Positions 25,791-41,193 are shown, counted from the first letter of the stretch. The stretch: 64,000 nt of DNA from Octopus sinensis (GCF_006345805.1 NC_042999.1:25234001-25298000); one strand, 5' to 3'. The notes: a model not told the origin generated them from the sequence alone. Numbers and translations: made by a program.

Positions 25791-26024
25791 CATACCGAAC
25801 ACCCTGTACACACACACACCACGCTCACACACACAATATATATGTACATACACACGACGGTCTTCCACCCAGTTTTAGCCTACCGAATCTACCCACAATC
25901 CATTAGTCGGTTCGGGACACATACCACAACAAAAGCGCAGTGGGCCCTGATCCGAAATCACGTGGTTTAAAGCGAACCTCATAACTAAACACCTATGCCT
26001 AGAAGATACATTCACTAAAAGTAA

Positions 26025-26192
26025 CAGGCATGGCTGTGTGGTAAGACGCTTGCTTCCCAGCCACATGACTCCGGGTTCAGTCGCAGTGCGTGGCACCTTG
26101 GGCAAGTATCTTCTACTATAGCCTCAGGCCGACCAAAGCGCTGAGTGGATTCGCAAATGTAAACTACAAGAAGCCCGTCGTTATATGATATT

Positions 26193-26247
<55 letters not shown>

Positions 26248-26360
26248 TATAATATATATATATATATTATATATATATATATATATTATATATATATATA
26301 TATATATACATATATATACATATGATATATATCATATATATATATATATATATATATATG

Positions 26361-26405
<45 letters not shown>

Positions 26406-26570
26406 GTAAATGTAATATGTGACAATTATTCGGTAGCCATGATAAAACTCCGAGTTTCGGATGCCGAGGTGGAAATCCACGCCGCCATCTGTTCAGTTGT
26501 CTGGCCATAGGAAAAATGTTTTGAAAAATGACCTATATATATATATGTATATTATGTATCTATATATATA

Positions 26571-26610
<40 letters not shown>

Positions 26611-26667
26611 AGTGTGGTGTGTGTGTGGTGTGTGTGTGTATGAATATATGTATATATTATATATATT

Positions 26668-26702
<35 letters not shown>

Positions 26703-26955
26703 GCGTGTTATATATATATATATGTGTATATATATACGCATATATACCCATGTGTGTTTGTGTTTGTGCGTGTGTGGGTCTGTTTATCCCCATCACCGCT
26801 TGACAACAAGTGTGGGTGTGTTTACATCCACGTTCGGCAAAGGGGAGCGGCAGAGTATCAGGCTGTAAAAATAAGTCCTGGAGTCGACTTGTACGACTAA
26901 AACTCTTCTAGGTGGTGCCTCAGCATGGCCGCAGTCAAACGACAGAGACATGTAA
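26025..26955 (+). mobile_element. SINE family B with expanded internal (TA)n containing a ~130-bp insert
   Basis: Head 26025..26180, insert 26403..26532, tail about 26750..26955. Confidence 0.75.
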
Positions 26956-27006
<51 letters not shown>

Positions 27007-27020
27007 CATATATATTATAT

Positions 27021-27062
<42 letters not shown>

Positions 27063-27080
27063 ATATAAATATATATTATA

Positions 27081-27714
<634 letters not shown>

Positions 27715-27893
27715 ATATATATATATATATGCCTGTTTGTGCGCGCGTGTGTGTGAATATGTATATACATACACATATTATATACATTATATATCTTACA
27801 TATTTATATGAGCATATAAGTATGCATGTATATATATACATATGTATGCATGTATATATATATATATATATATATGATATATATATATAATAT

Positions 27894-27938
<45 letters not shown>

Positions 27939-28315
27939 TTTTTTGGCGGTGCCCCAGCATGGCTACAACTCTGAGCTGAAACTAGATGAAATAAAATATA
28001 AATAATATATATATCTATATATATATGAAATTATAAATTAGGGTATCTACCTAATTTATAATTTTAATAATTATTACCTTTGAAGGTTATTTTTCCATGC
28101 TGACCACTTGATAAAATCGTTGTTTCATTCTTAAATTAACGATGTTTTCCTTATATATATAATTTTTTCACAGGGAACACTCGGACACTCGGACACTCGG
28201 CGAAGAGCACCCTCGGAGGTGGTAATATATACATATTAAATATTTAAATCAATGTATATATATTAAGTATTTAAATCAACATATGACATGATTTATATAT
28301 ATATATGTATTATAT

Positions 28316-28630
28316 AGGCACAGGAGTGGCTGTGTGGTAAGTAGCTTGCTTACCAACCACAAGGTTTCGGGTTAAGTGTCTTTGAGTAGATTCGGTTGGC
28401 GGAAACTGAAAGAATCCCGTCGTATATATATATATGTATATATATATATTATATATATATATATATATATTATATCTATATATATATATATATATATACA
28501 GATTGTATATTGTGTGTGTCTGTGTTGCCTCTCACACATCGCTTGACAACCGATGCTAGTGGTTTTACGTCCTCGTAACCTAGCGGTTCGGCAAAATAAA
28601 CTAATAGAATAAGTACTAGGCTTATATAGA
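28316..28630 (+). mobile_element. SINE family B, partial
   Basis: Head, (TA)n, then partial tail. Confidence 0.75.
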
Positions 28631-28738
28631 ATATAAAATTAACATTTATATATATGTATGTGTGTGTGTGTGCGTGTGTATTCAATATATATATATATTT
28701 AATATATTAAATATGTATACATGCAATATATATATATA

Positions 28739-29330
28739 CTAGCAGTATCGCCCGGCGTTGCTCGGGTTTGTAAGGGAAATAACTATATAAGCATTTTTAG
28801 AGAGTTATAGCCAAAAAATGCATTAAAAATGCATTAAAATGGAAAAAAAAATAGGATGGTAAATTTTTTTATCGTGATCGTAGATAGAAGACTTCATAAT
28901 AGATGCATTATGGAAAAAACATGGTAAATTTTTTTTTAAATCGTGCTCATGTAGAGCTCTAGCCATTTCGTTTGGTGTCTTCAAGCCATGAAGTCGTTGT
29001 TCTAAAAGAACACTGGCTCCTTGACAACGCATTACGACGTTGATTTCCTTACACTCCCTTCCCCACAGGTGCAGGTGTGAGCGTGGACGCCAACTCCGCC
29101 GCCATCGACACACGAAAAATTATGCATTAAAATGGAATAAAAAATGATGTTAATTATTTTTAAAATCGTAGACTCATCATAGACGCACGCTAATATTCAG
29201 ACGGGCTCGATATGAATCACGACTATAAGGTACCCGAATTTGGTTAAACTGCACGCAAAATGTGGGAGTAGTTAGGAATCTAAATCGAAGGGGACAGACA
29301 CTCACACAACTACAGTTTTATATATATAGA
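28739..29330 (-). mobile_element. Non-autonomous Helitron with an extra internal segment
   Basis: TC start (29329..29330) after a host A, CTAG end (28739..28742) before a host T, hairpin cccgagcaacgccggg. Homologous to 11798..12178 but about 210 bp longer. Confidence 0.82.
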
Positions 29331-29389
29331 TATACATAGCGCAGTAGTGTGAGATGTGACAGCAAAGAAAAGCATACATTCACTCTCTG

Positions 29390-29660
29390 CATGCAATTAG
29401 ACTCGGAAAGTTCGTGAGGAAACCCATTGACCCAATTTGCGACTTTTCCGATAGCACACAGGTCTCAATGAAAATGGTTGAATGACCAAATCCAAGCTTC
29501 TCTGCTAGTTCCTCAACAGTTACGATGAGATTTTGTTCCACCAGGGTTTTCAGGATGTCCTTGTCGAGTCTACAGATCTTTCAGGATGAGGCTCGTCTTC
29601 TAGGCTGTAGTTTATGGCTCGGGATTTCTGGAACCACCATTGACACTGCCTTACGCTTAT
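29390..29660 (-). mobile_element. Mariner transposase N-terminal fragment
   Basis: RQCQWWFQK...SLEDEP...TVEELAEKLG...GQW(V)PHELS with frameshifts. Confidence 0.8.
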
Positions 29661-30719
29661 TGTCCAATCCCCATATATACTGCATTAATATTTCTTGTAC
29701 TTTGCACACATTTATATTCTGTTATTCTTTTATATGTTTCAGCCTTGAGGTTGTGGCCATGCTGGATCATGTGTGTGTTGTGTGTCTATCTGTCTGTCTG
29801 TCTGTATGTATATATGTATATGTATGTGTGTGAACAATAATATTTTCAACAGATGTGTTGCAAATGTATCTGATTGTTCTCAAGCTTCAATACTGTGGTG
29901 TGTGTGTATGGTGTGTGTGTATGTATGTATGTATATGTATGTATGTATGTTATGTTAGGATGTATGTATGTTGTGTATGTATGTATGGTGTGTGTATGTA
30001 TGTGTGTGTCTGTGTGTGGTATGTATGTATGTATGTATGTATGTATGTAGTATGTATGTATGAGTGTATGTTTACTTTATTACTAACACAAGCCACTACG
30101 GTTATTTAATGTAAAGTCTTCGTCAAATCACTCTCTCTCTCTCGCTATTTACTCTCTTGCAAGAACATTTTCACTCACTCTTAGCTCTTAGCTTCCCATA
30201 CATTTTACTCATGTATCTATCAGCGTCATAGACAGAATACTTTCAGTTTAGTCTTCCTCAAATCTCTCTGTCGCTATTTACTTTCATTTTTTCGTTGCCC
30301 ACTGTGTGTGTGCGTTTGCGTGTGGTGTAAACCAGACTAAGAAAGCATTTGACACACACACCAGAATGTGAGTTTTCTGTAAATTTTGCTTAATTGGAGT
30401 TTAAATTTTAAAAACTGGACCTGGCATGACGCGATGCATTGTACTCTTAAAAATGCTAGGTAAATTGTAATTGAAGAAATCCTATATTGTAGATTTGTAT
30501 AACTTCCAAAGGGAGCAGATAAAATCTGCCTTTTATAATAAGAGATATATGTTGAATATCTATAAATCAGTATATAATTAATATATGTACATATATGAAG
30601 TCATCTGTCTGTCCATGTCTATGTATCTATCTACGTAGCAATCGATCTGCACATACATACTAACTATATATATATAAATATAATATGCATATATACAGCC
30701 ATGAGATATTCTCAAACCA

Positions 30720-31355
30720 TCGCTTCGATATAGGCCAACATCATGGAATGGAAACTTGGATAAGACACATTATACAAACCTCCTACCTTTCCGGTACTTC
30801 GATAAAAGTAATGCAACTAAATTGCTTAGTTACGCATGGAATTTGAAGAGTAACCTCACACTTACAATTAAGTGGAGAATAGAGGAGATATCCAAGCCAT
30901 ATGTTAGTGGATCGAAGAAATGCAAGTTGTGCGTAGAGGAACGATTTCATATTCTTCTTAAAGCTACTAATTCCAACACACTGCTTCATTCAAGATTTTA
31001 GCAGGTGTAGACACATGGACAGATTTCTTTCATCGAATTGGAGGACATCAGCTGTTCTTAATTGAGGAGCTGTCTCACAGACTTTGACATATTTCTGTTA
31101 TTTTGTTCTATACTAGTGGTATTTAACGAGCTTAGTTTTCCTGATTTCGCTTCGTTTTTTCTCGTTCCAATTTTTGCAGCAACCGTCTTCTCGCTTCTCC
31201 AAGCTTTTCCTTTTTTGTATTTACTATCTTTGTTTTTAAAATATATATAACGCATAAACAGGGCCTGAAAGATTGCTTTAAGGTACATGGCATATTTCAC
31301 AGATATGCCTGTTCAAGTACCATAAATGCATGAAGCTATTTGTAGCTCTTTTTAG
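30720..31355 (+). mobile_element. PLE 3' end: GIY-YIG C-terminus plus pLTR with a degenerate hammerhead
   Basis: SNATKLLSYAWNLK...IKWRI...PYVSGSKKCKLCVEER...RCRH; hammerhead-like motif at 31261..31348; ends at (TA)n. Confidence 0.75.
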
Positions 31356-31420
<65 letters not shown>

Positions 31421-33490
31421 CATACATATATATGGTATGATGATTCAAACGGGAAAAGTAGAACTCAAAATATATGAATATATAATAATATTTAGCAAAA
31501 GCAACAGAGCGGCTCAAGGACCGAGAGTTTGGTGCGAAAGCACTTATTAATAAGTGTTAATGCATCAAGTTCTTGGCTCTTGAGTCACTCTGTTGCTTCT
31601 GATAAGTAGTGTGTGTGACAGTGAGTGTGTGTGTGTGCGTGCGTGTGCATGTGTGCGCATGCGTATATTAATTATTATTTTTTAAAATTATTTGTAACAC
31701 TCAAATAAAAAGTCCTCAATACAACGTTTTTTTGGAAGTATGTTGAACGCGATGTGTTTTATTTTCTCTGTGTTAGAAGCAAGAATTAACCACGATTCTC
31801 ATTCGGTCTTTGTTCTGTTTCTAACATGCCGTTCTCTACGGTCACCTGAACTCATTAATCAAAATATGTATGTGTGTATTATGTGCGTATGTGTGTATTT
31901 GTGTGTATGTGTGAGCGTGCGTGTGTGTGTGTGCATATGTGTGTGAACCTATGTGTGCGTGTGTGTGTGCATGGATCTGTGTATATGGGTTTCATTAAAA
32001 ATTATTTCAGCCAACAAAGAAAAGAATCATAGAGAAATATAAACATGAAAATCAAGACATGTATAATATAAGCAATAATAAGAATAAAAATAGAACTCAA
32101 TATGGTTAACATTAACTTTAACATAGTAATAGACAAATAATTAAAAAAAAAAGAAAACTGTTATTTTAATTTTCTAGTTATTTTTGTTCACATTTTTTTT
32201 CTGTTTGTTTGAAGGGAGACCATCATAATCTTAACTATAATACTCTTTTTCATGATCATCATAAATATAGTCTTTTTCTTCTTGTAATATCACTCATGTT
32301 TGTCGTCGTTTGACGGAAAGTCAAATCGTACCCAACGAAATATAGACAATTCTTAAACATGATCGCTCTAAGCCATCATCACTATCTTCATCATCATGAT
32401 TATCATCATAATTACAACAATCATCATGATCACCATGATGATGGTCATCCTTTTTATAAATAATTACTGTCTTGTTAATGTTTTTTTAATCATACGTTGG
32501 AACATTATTTTAGATGAAGTAGAGAGGGGAGAGAAAGAGAGGAGAGAGGGAGAGAAAGACAGAAGGAAAAGGTGGTGGAGAAAGTGAAAGTACGGGAGAG
32601 AGAGAGTGAGAACAGAGAAAGTTGGTGTCCAAATGTGTCTTTTTTTATGTTTATTGTTTTGACAAGGGCGTTAGTGAAATGATCAATCTGGCTCTGCACC
32701 AGGAATTGAACTCGAATCTGGGAATCAACAAGTTAGAAGTCTACCTTACACACTGTCTCACAGGTCTATTATCTTTAGAGGAAGAAGTGACTGTGATGTT
32801 TATGCCTCTACCAAAAGAAAAGAAGTGTATAAAAATTGTGAAATAGCATTATCACACACACACATGCCCATACACCCGCGCACACACGCTCACGTACATA
32901 TACTCACACACACACCTACACATCTTGACTAGGCTCAAGGTCAAACCCACATATGAGTGAAATAGATGACAGTGCGACGTCTTTGTTTTTCTCATAGGAA
33001 CTGCTGAGGTCTAGTGACGTACAGGAAGTGGACGAGCTGTGATCAGGGATGGAAACAAGATTAGGTTTACATAATGGCCTACGAGGAATGACTTTGCCTT
33101 TGACACTCGTTAGGGCAGCCGAGTTTGTCAGAGTGGAAGAAGTTATCCTCAAAGCAGGAATCTGGTTCCGAATGCTTGCTATAGAAAGAAAACTGCTAAA
33201 AGTAGCATAAGGTCCAACCAGTGGTGTTAACCACGATTAAGTTCAGTGCTGTGTAGTTCGATGGAACACGAAACTCCATAGCTGCGTAGCGACACAAGAT
33301 TCGTAACCACACAAGATCAGCATCTATTGTGGACCAGTTTGCCGGGAATTGCATCACTACAAAGGCTTACTTTCGCCCAGCAAAGGTATTTATGTGTGGT
33401 GGAATGTGTTGCTTGGATGCAATCGTACACACGTAAGCTTGTATGTGGGTGCATGACCAAGTGGTTGTTTACACATACATACATACATAC

Positions 33491-33547
<57 letters not shown>

Positions 33548-33585
33548 ATATATATATTATATAATATATATATATATAATATAAT

Positions 33586-33860
33586 TATAAATTAGAAAAA
33601 AAAACACCTTTTATCAATTCAATAATGAAAAATTAAATTATACCATTTAGAAAAAATACATATTATAGAAATATAAGATAAGGATGATTAGTAATAAATA
33701 AAACGTATATATACGTTTTATTTATTATTTTGCACATTACTTAATCATCGTTATATGGTTTATCTTATATTTAAGCTTTCTATAATATGTAATTTTTCTA
33801 AATGGTATAATTTAAATCTTCATTATTGAATTGATAAAAGGAGTTTTTTTCTAATTTATA
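33586..33860. repeat. Imperfect palindrome in (TA)n, probably an inverted pLTR
   Basis: Centre cgtata|tatacg (33709/33710). The outer ~85-bp arms are strongly complementary. The following tail resembles 2005..2075. Confidence 0.85.
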
Positions 33861-33945
33861 TATATATATATTATATTGTCAAATTGATTTAGATTTCTAA
33901 ATTGAATTTTCCGCGTAAGTTTGAATAATATTCCCTCATATATAA

Positions 33946-33983
<38 letters not shown>

Positions 33984-33996
33984 CATACATACATAC

Positions 33997-34073
<77 letters not shown>

Positions 34074-34842
34074 ATATATACACACGTAAAAAACTACTTG
34101 GTTATGCACCATGGATGAAAATATGTGTGCCTAAATGAAGCTAGAATAGATTTGTACATAGGAAAGTCAGCTACTAGCTCTTTCTTCTCCTGTCTGTCTG
34201 TCTCTCTCCCTACACACACATACATACATATACCTACAGACACATACGTATCTCCCCATATGTAATGTCGCTAGCTTCATGAGCATATAGATCGGTGTGT
34301 GAGTGTTCGTGCATGCGATTGTGTATGTATGTACGTACATGATTGGTCATATAGCTATTTGTAGTGGTGAACGGGATCCCGAGAGTATATCGGTCTTGGT
34401 AGAATGAACTAGGTAAGAAAAAATTTTCAATACACCACAGAATACGTACTTTTGCGCATTTTATCTTGCTCATAGATTCATTCGAGATAAATATCGCTTC
34501 ATCTTTATAAAACTAAATGCACCAATAATACACACACACACCAGAGAAACACACAAGACGCGTGTCTGCATATTCTTTTATTCATTTACGTTTTGCAGAC
34601 TTTTGACCGCGGCCATGCTGGAGCATGTATACTGGAGCCTGTATGTGTTAGTCAATACAAGGGGATCGCTTATAAGCTTTAAGCTTATAAAATATTATTA
34701 CTATTTACAGATTTGTCATTCGTCACCGCTTCGCAATTTATCGAAAAAAAATGCGAACATACAAACACAACACTTACATACATGTATAAATATATGTATG
34801 TATGATATATATATATATATATATATATATCTATATATATAT

Positions 34843-34878
<36 letters not shown>

Positions 34879-35558
34879 CATACATATATATAATATTATA
34901 CATATATACATATATACATATATATATATATATTATATATATATATATATATTATATTAAGTATATATATATATATATATATAGTTATATATATACATGT
35001 ATATATATATATATACACATATATATATACATATATATGCATGTATAATATTATATATGTGTTATATATGTGTATATATATATATATTTGTGTGTGTGTG
35101 CATGTGTGTGTATGTGTGTATATATATGTGTGTGTGTGTGTAGTTATACGTATACACGTTCTTGTATGGGCTCTTTATAAATTACTAGACACTTCATGAT
35201 GTAGCGTGTTGATCTATTGATAGCTAGTTTAGAGTTAATCCCGTTTCGATTCAGACATTCAGTAATTACTTGTGAATGTGTAGAATTACATGTGTGTGTA
35301 TGTACTTACGTACGTGCGTATGTATGTATGTATGTATGTATATATGCATATTTGTATGTATATATGTATGTGTGTATGTATGTGTTAACTCTGTTTTGAT
35401 TATTTTGACTGTCAAAATAGTCAAACTGAATTAACTTTGTAAATTATCACCAAGAAAATATCACTGATTCACACATCCTTTACACACGTACTAACACACA
35501 CATATATGAATAGATACAAATGTATACATACATACATAAATACTACATAATTCATATA

Positions 35559-35610
<52 letters not shown>

Positions 35611-35611
<1 letters not shown>

Positions 35612-36902
35612 ACAGGTCATCCCATAAGTTCTGTCTGAATGTTGAATAAAGAAAATACGTGATCAAATGTTATATTTAATTGAAATTTAATCATCAATGT
35701 ACTTTCCCTGATTATCTATGACTTCCTTCCATCTATTTACAAGCTTTTTAATCCCATCAATGTAAAACTATTTTGGCTTCAAGGCGAAGAACTCTTAAAT
35801 GTCAGTTTCGACCCCCTTCTGACTTGCGAAAGTTATGTCTCCCAAATGATTCTGTAAACTACGAAACAAATAGTAATGTGAATGAGTAAGGTCAGGAGAA
35901 TAAGGTGGATGTAGAACTTTTCCCCAATCAAGATCTTCGATCTTCTATGATGAGATCTAGGCAGTGTGGGGTTGCGCATTGTCCTGATGAAACATCACCC
36001 CTTTTCGATTCACTAAGGCGGTTTTTTACTCTTCAAAGCTTGGTTCAAACGCTCTAATTGCTGACAGTAGACTTGAGCATTGATTGTTGCATTAGGTGGT
36101 AACAATTCAAAGTGAATCACTCCTTTGCAATCCCACCAGATACTTTTCTCAATTGTGGTTGAGCATTTCCCTTTTACTCTTCTCAATTGTGGTTGAGCAT
36201 TTCCCTTTTACCAAGCCACTGATTACGACGTTTAACATTTCGATAGAAGATCCATTTTTCGTCGCCAGTCACAAGTCTATCCAAAAAGGGTGAATCAGTT
36301 CACGAGAATGGAGAAAAGAGCAGATGTCAACTCGGGATTTGCGGTTGCATTCGGACAATTCATGAGGCACCCATTTTCCAAGTTAAGGAACCTTTCCAAG
36401 TTGTTGAAGATGACGATGAACTGCTGTATCGTTGGAACTAAACTTTATTGCCAGTTCTTCAACTGATAATGAAGGATTTTCTTCTAGTAATGCCTCAAGT
36501 AGCTTATTATCAAACACAACTGGACGTGCTGTTCGACTTTCCGCTTCAAGGCTGAAATCTCTACTTCTGAATTTTGCAAACCATCTTCTGCAAGTTCTTT
36601 CATTCAAGCATTCTTTCCAATAAACTGACTGTATAGTTCGAGCCGCTCGGCTGCAGAGTCTCCTTTTTTGTACTCATAAAGCACTATGTGCCTCAAATGC
36701 TCTTTGGATACTTCCATGTTAGAAAGGGTTTCAATCAAAGACATTTTAAATCTATTATTCTGTAAAATAATATTTAATTAGTTTAAATGTACACAGATGC
36801 ATAAAAGTAATTTTTAATTCCATCAGACATTCTAAAATACTCTTAAATTTCATTCAATTTTAAAAAGGGTAAAATCGGACAGAACTTATGGGATGACCCT
36901 AA
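35611..36902 (-). mobile_element. Full-length (~1.29 kb) mariner with TIRs; transposase pseudogene
   Basis: TIRs ggtcatcccataagttctgtc(t/c)ga at both ends. Reads MEVSKEHLRHIVLYEYKKG...NERTCRRWFAKFR, HQDNAQPHTA, PPYSPDL, disrupted by frameshifts. Confidence 0.93.
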
Positions 36903-36939
36903 TACATATATGTATAGGTATATGTAATCATTATATATA

Positions 36940-37007
<68 letters not shown>

Positions 37008-38012
37008 TATGCATACATTCATGCATACATATACATACATACTTTCGTTTATATAAGAAAATGTTAAATGGAGGTTATTATTTTAAAACTCATTCAAAAT
37101 TAACACCCGGACCTTTTGGGGCTGATTCAAATTCATTTTCAGTTTCATGTTAACTAAACTTCAAGTTTCACCCCATGGCATATTGAGCTAGTGAAATATG
37201 ATCAGCTACAGCTTCTCTTGTAGGAAATCGAAAGGAAAACCTCATTAAGAACCTGCGCTCTTTCGGTAGTATTTTACATTTGTTATGGATATAATGAAAG
37301 GAAATTTTACAAATTGGTATTGGACAACTGGTTAAACTGTTTACAGGTTAAGAAACAATTTTAAGGAAAAACAGTATCGGATGTAGAAGTAAACGCAAAG
37401 TGAATTCAAACAAGTAAGTATATGCAGTTGTTATGAATGAGTTAAGCGAAGAAATACATTGATCGAAAGTTAGATGAATGTTATTCAGTAGTCGGTCAAG
37501 AAAAAAATCATGGAGAATATTAAAATTATATGTTTTGAATAGATTTTTAACACAATCAGTATTTGTAAACAACATCACTTTTCGGAAATATACATTCACA
37601 GACACGCTACCCACTACACATATACATACAAAATACACACACTCATTCAGAAATAAGAACTCATTTATTTCATATAAATGACAAATGGACATCTTAAATC
37701 TCTTAAGAATAAACATTTTTCTGAAACTTTCAGTCTAATGGAAACCATTTAACCAGCTGCCTGAATTCCACAGGGTTTGACCGACCACTGACCTGTATTC
37801 AAGTAACTTATATATTTTTATTTAATGCATCTATATTAGCCCATATCTATTTCTACTTTTATATCGTGACATTCTTTTATACACTTTCTTCTCAGTGATT
37901 AACTTACATATATATATTCATACATTCATACAAACACGATATCTCTCTTTCTGTCTGTCTGTCTGTTTCCCTCTCCTCCACACAAATATGTGAGTGTATA
38001 CACACACACATA

Positions 38013-38061
<49 letters not shown>

Positions 38062-38079
38062 ATATATATATATATATAT

Positions 38080-38133
<54 letters not shown>

Positions 38134-38139
38134 CATGAG

Positions 38140-38390
38140 GAGAAATTGTGGCCTAGGAGGGCTGCACCTGGATCGTGGTTTCGAATTCCGGACCGGGCAA
38201 TGCGTTGTGTTCTTGAGCAAAACGTTTCGGTTTACGTTGCTCTGTTTAACATCTGTAATCAGTTTAACATCTGGCGAGTGGTACACCGTGCACCTGTGTA
38301 GGCAATGCCTATTTGATGGAGGGATCGAACTAATGTACGGCACAAACTTTTGGATCACTTTAAATAAACCTGACCAGTTTCTTCAGGAAA
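38140..38390 (+). mobile_element. Degenerate tRNA-derived SINE with a V-domain-like block
   Basis: B-box-like ggtttcgaattcc followed by gttgtgttcttgagcaaaac. Confidence 0.55.
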
Positions 38391-38478
38391 AACAGACACA
38401 GACACACATATACATACAATACATACAACATACATTCATACATCATTATACTTACATATATATATATATATATCTTTT

Positions 38479-38513
<35 letters not shown>

Positions 38514-38519
38514 CATATA

Positions 38520-38740
38520 TCTTGGCGTTTTTCCCCCTCAGTCTTCCTTTTCCCTTGAACTTTTCTCTGTCTCCTGTTTCTGAAGAAGTGCTTTTGCTCG
38601 AAGCGTAAAACACTCTGAACGTCTTCTTAATACTTTTCATGTACCACTTTCTCGCATTAGTGTCTTTTTTGTTTTGTTGCTGTCCTTCCTTTTCCGTTTG
38701 TTTTCATCCCCAGTCAGGTTACTTAACCTGCCCTCTGTGA
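38520..38740 (+). mobile_element. pLTR remnant with a degenerate hammerhead at 38575..38612
   Basis: tgttt CTGAAGA a gtgc tttt gctc GAAGC GT A aaaca; 5-bp stem I; begins at (TA)n. Confidence 0.55.
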
Positions 38741-39002
38741 CGCTACTTATTTTTAATTTCTTTGTTGAATTATAAGCAATTTCATCCGATGTTAAAGACT
38801 AGTTAAATACAATTAATCTTCTTTGGCAAATCAATATTGTACTTAAACTCCTCTATCTTTTAATGAGGCTTTCTTTTTATTTTCTTGTATAAACAACGGA
38901 AACGAAACTTTCATCACTAGCTCAAAAGGCCTTATGCTATCTTGAGTACAAGTCCACACAACATTTAACAATATGTCGATGTAATATATATATATATACT
39001 AT

Positions 39003-39051
<49 letters not shown>

Positions 39052-39104
39052 TTATTTGTATATAATTCTACATACATACATATACACATATGCGTGTGTG
39101 TATA

Positions 39105-39155
<51 letters not shown>

Positions 39156-39158
39156 GTA

Positions 39159-39199
<41 letters not shown>

Positions 39200-40317
39200 C
39201 ATTTCTATACATATGTATATGTATAAATCTATACGCATATATAAATATATATATATTCCTGCATAAACACACATGTGTACATATGTCTATATACACGCAC
39301 ACACAAACAAATACACCAGCATACACATACACACACACGTATTGACCTAAACCCACGCACGTAAATATACTTACATCTTTATATACACTCACATACGCGC
39401 TTATCGACAGAAAAATAAATGATATATAGGGATGTACAATTTTAAACTATAATAATGTTCCACCTGTGATCAGTATGTTTGCTATATGTATTGGCTTATG
39501 TATATCTGTAGTCATATACATGTATTTGAGTGTAAGTATGTGGGCTGTATGCATATGGCTATCCGCCTGATGAAGGTTCCTTTGTATTTCTCTATGTAAT
39601 TTTTTTTTTTCATAATAATGCAATATATATTCGTCATTTGGTTAATTTCTCGAACGTAGCATCACCAAAGCAGTTCTGATACAAGTCCAGGAATGAAGGT
39701 TCATTCCCTCCCAAGTCAGTTCCCTCAAATCAATGTCTTCTCATTTGCAAAATGAATTTATTGTATACAAATATGAAATAAATTTTTTTCTGTTTTAGTT
39801 TTCTGTTCCCGCTTTTTTTTGTTTTTCAATATACGATACGCAATAAGAAATAAGATTTGTGATTGAAACAGTGAAGAATTACGGTTTGGTTTCAGAAAGA
39901 TTCGTAGTTCTAGAAAAAAATATTTACATTTGCACACGCACACACTTGCGTATATACACGCACAGACACGCACACACAAAACCACGCGCATACATACTCA
40001 AATATAGATGCGTGTGACCGTACATCTGTGTATGTTTATGTATGTATACATATACGTGCGTCTGTATGTATATATATATATATGCATACACACTTAATTA
40101 CATAATTTGTATGTATATATATATATCCATACACACTTAATTATATAATATATATATTATATATATATACATATATATACAAACATAAGTATATATATAT
40201 AATATATATATACAAATATATATATACATGCATAATATATACATACTTATACATTGATATATATATATATATATATATATATTACATATATATATATATA
40301 AACATATATATATATAC

Positions 40318-40368
<51 letters not shown>

Positions 40369-40929
40369 CATAACACAAAGCACAAGCACAACACACAAAA
40401 TAGACATAACTTTCAAGACAACAGTAAATGTATTTGTTGATTCACAAGGCTTGATTCTTTACATTATAATATATGCTCTTTTATGTTCCACAGGATTTGA
40501 TGTTGAAGACCCACTGAAAAGACCTTCTACAAAACAGGATGGGAGCCAGGCTTGCGACTCAAAACTATTTTCGCTCGGTATGCCATGGAAATCTATTAGT
40601 AGCTATCAAGTGTTCTGCTGTCCCAAATCACTAGGAAGTCCATCCAGAGCATTTGAAAGTCTGATGCATGAAATGCGAATAGTTCATTTAAAAAATAAAA
40701 ATATTAGTGGAAAACAATGTTAAAAATAATACGATTTCAGGACAAATTTGATATCGTTTACATTTAAAGGAGTCCATTGATGACAAAAGAACTCTGTATC
40801 ACAGTCAGAGGTAAAGTGATTCCGAATGAAAGCTCAGCGACTCAGAGAAAACATATTTTGGTCCTTCTCACTGGTTTTGTAGCTTATTTTCGACATCAAA
40901 TTGTCTCAAAGCTATAGCGTACCTGCATG

Positions 40930-40969
40930 CAGAGACAGATGGGTAGTATGTATATATATATATATATAT

Positions 40970-41040
<71 letters not shown>

Positions 41041-41147
41041 TGATAATATATATATATATATATAATATATATAACATAACATACATACATACATAACTAT
41101 ATTAATACACCCATATATATTATGTAATTATGAATAATATGTATATA

Positions 41148-41193
<46 letters not shown>

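Noticed and set aside
32900-33480. Complex-sequence block that might be a host exon or a PLE N-terminus
   Set aside because: No motif recognised with confidence, and there are stops in the candidate frames.
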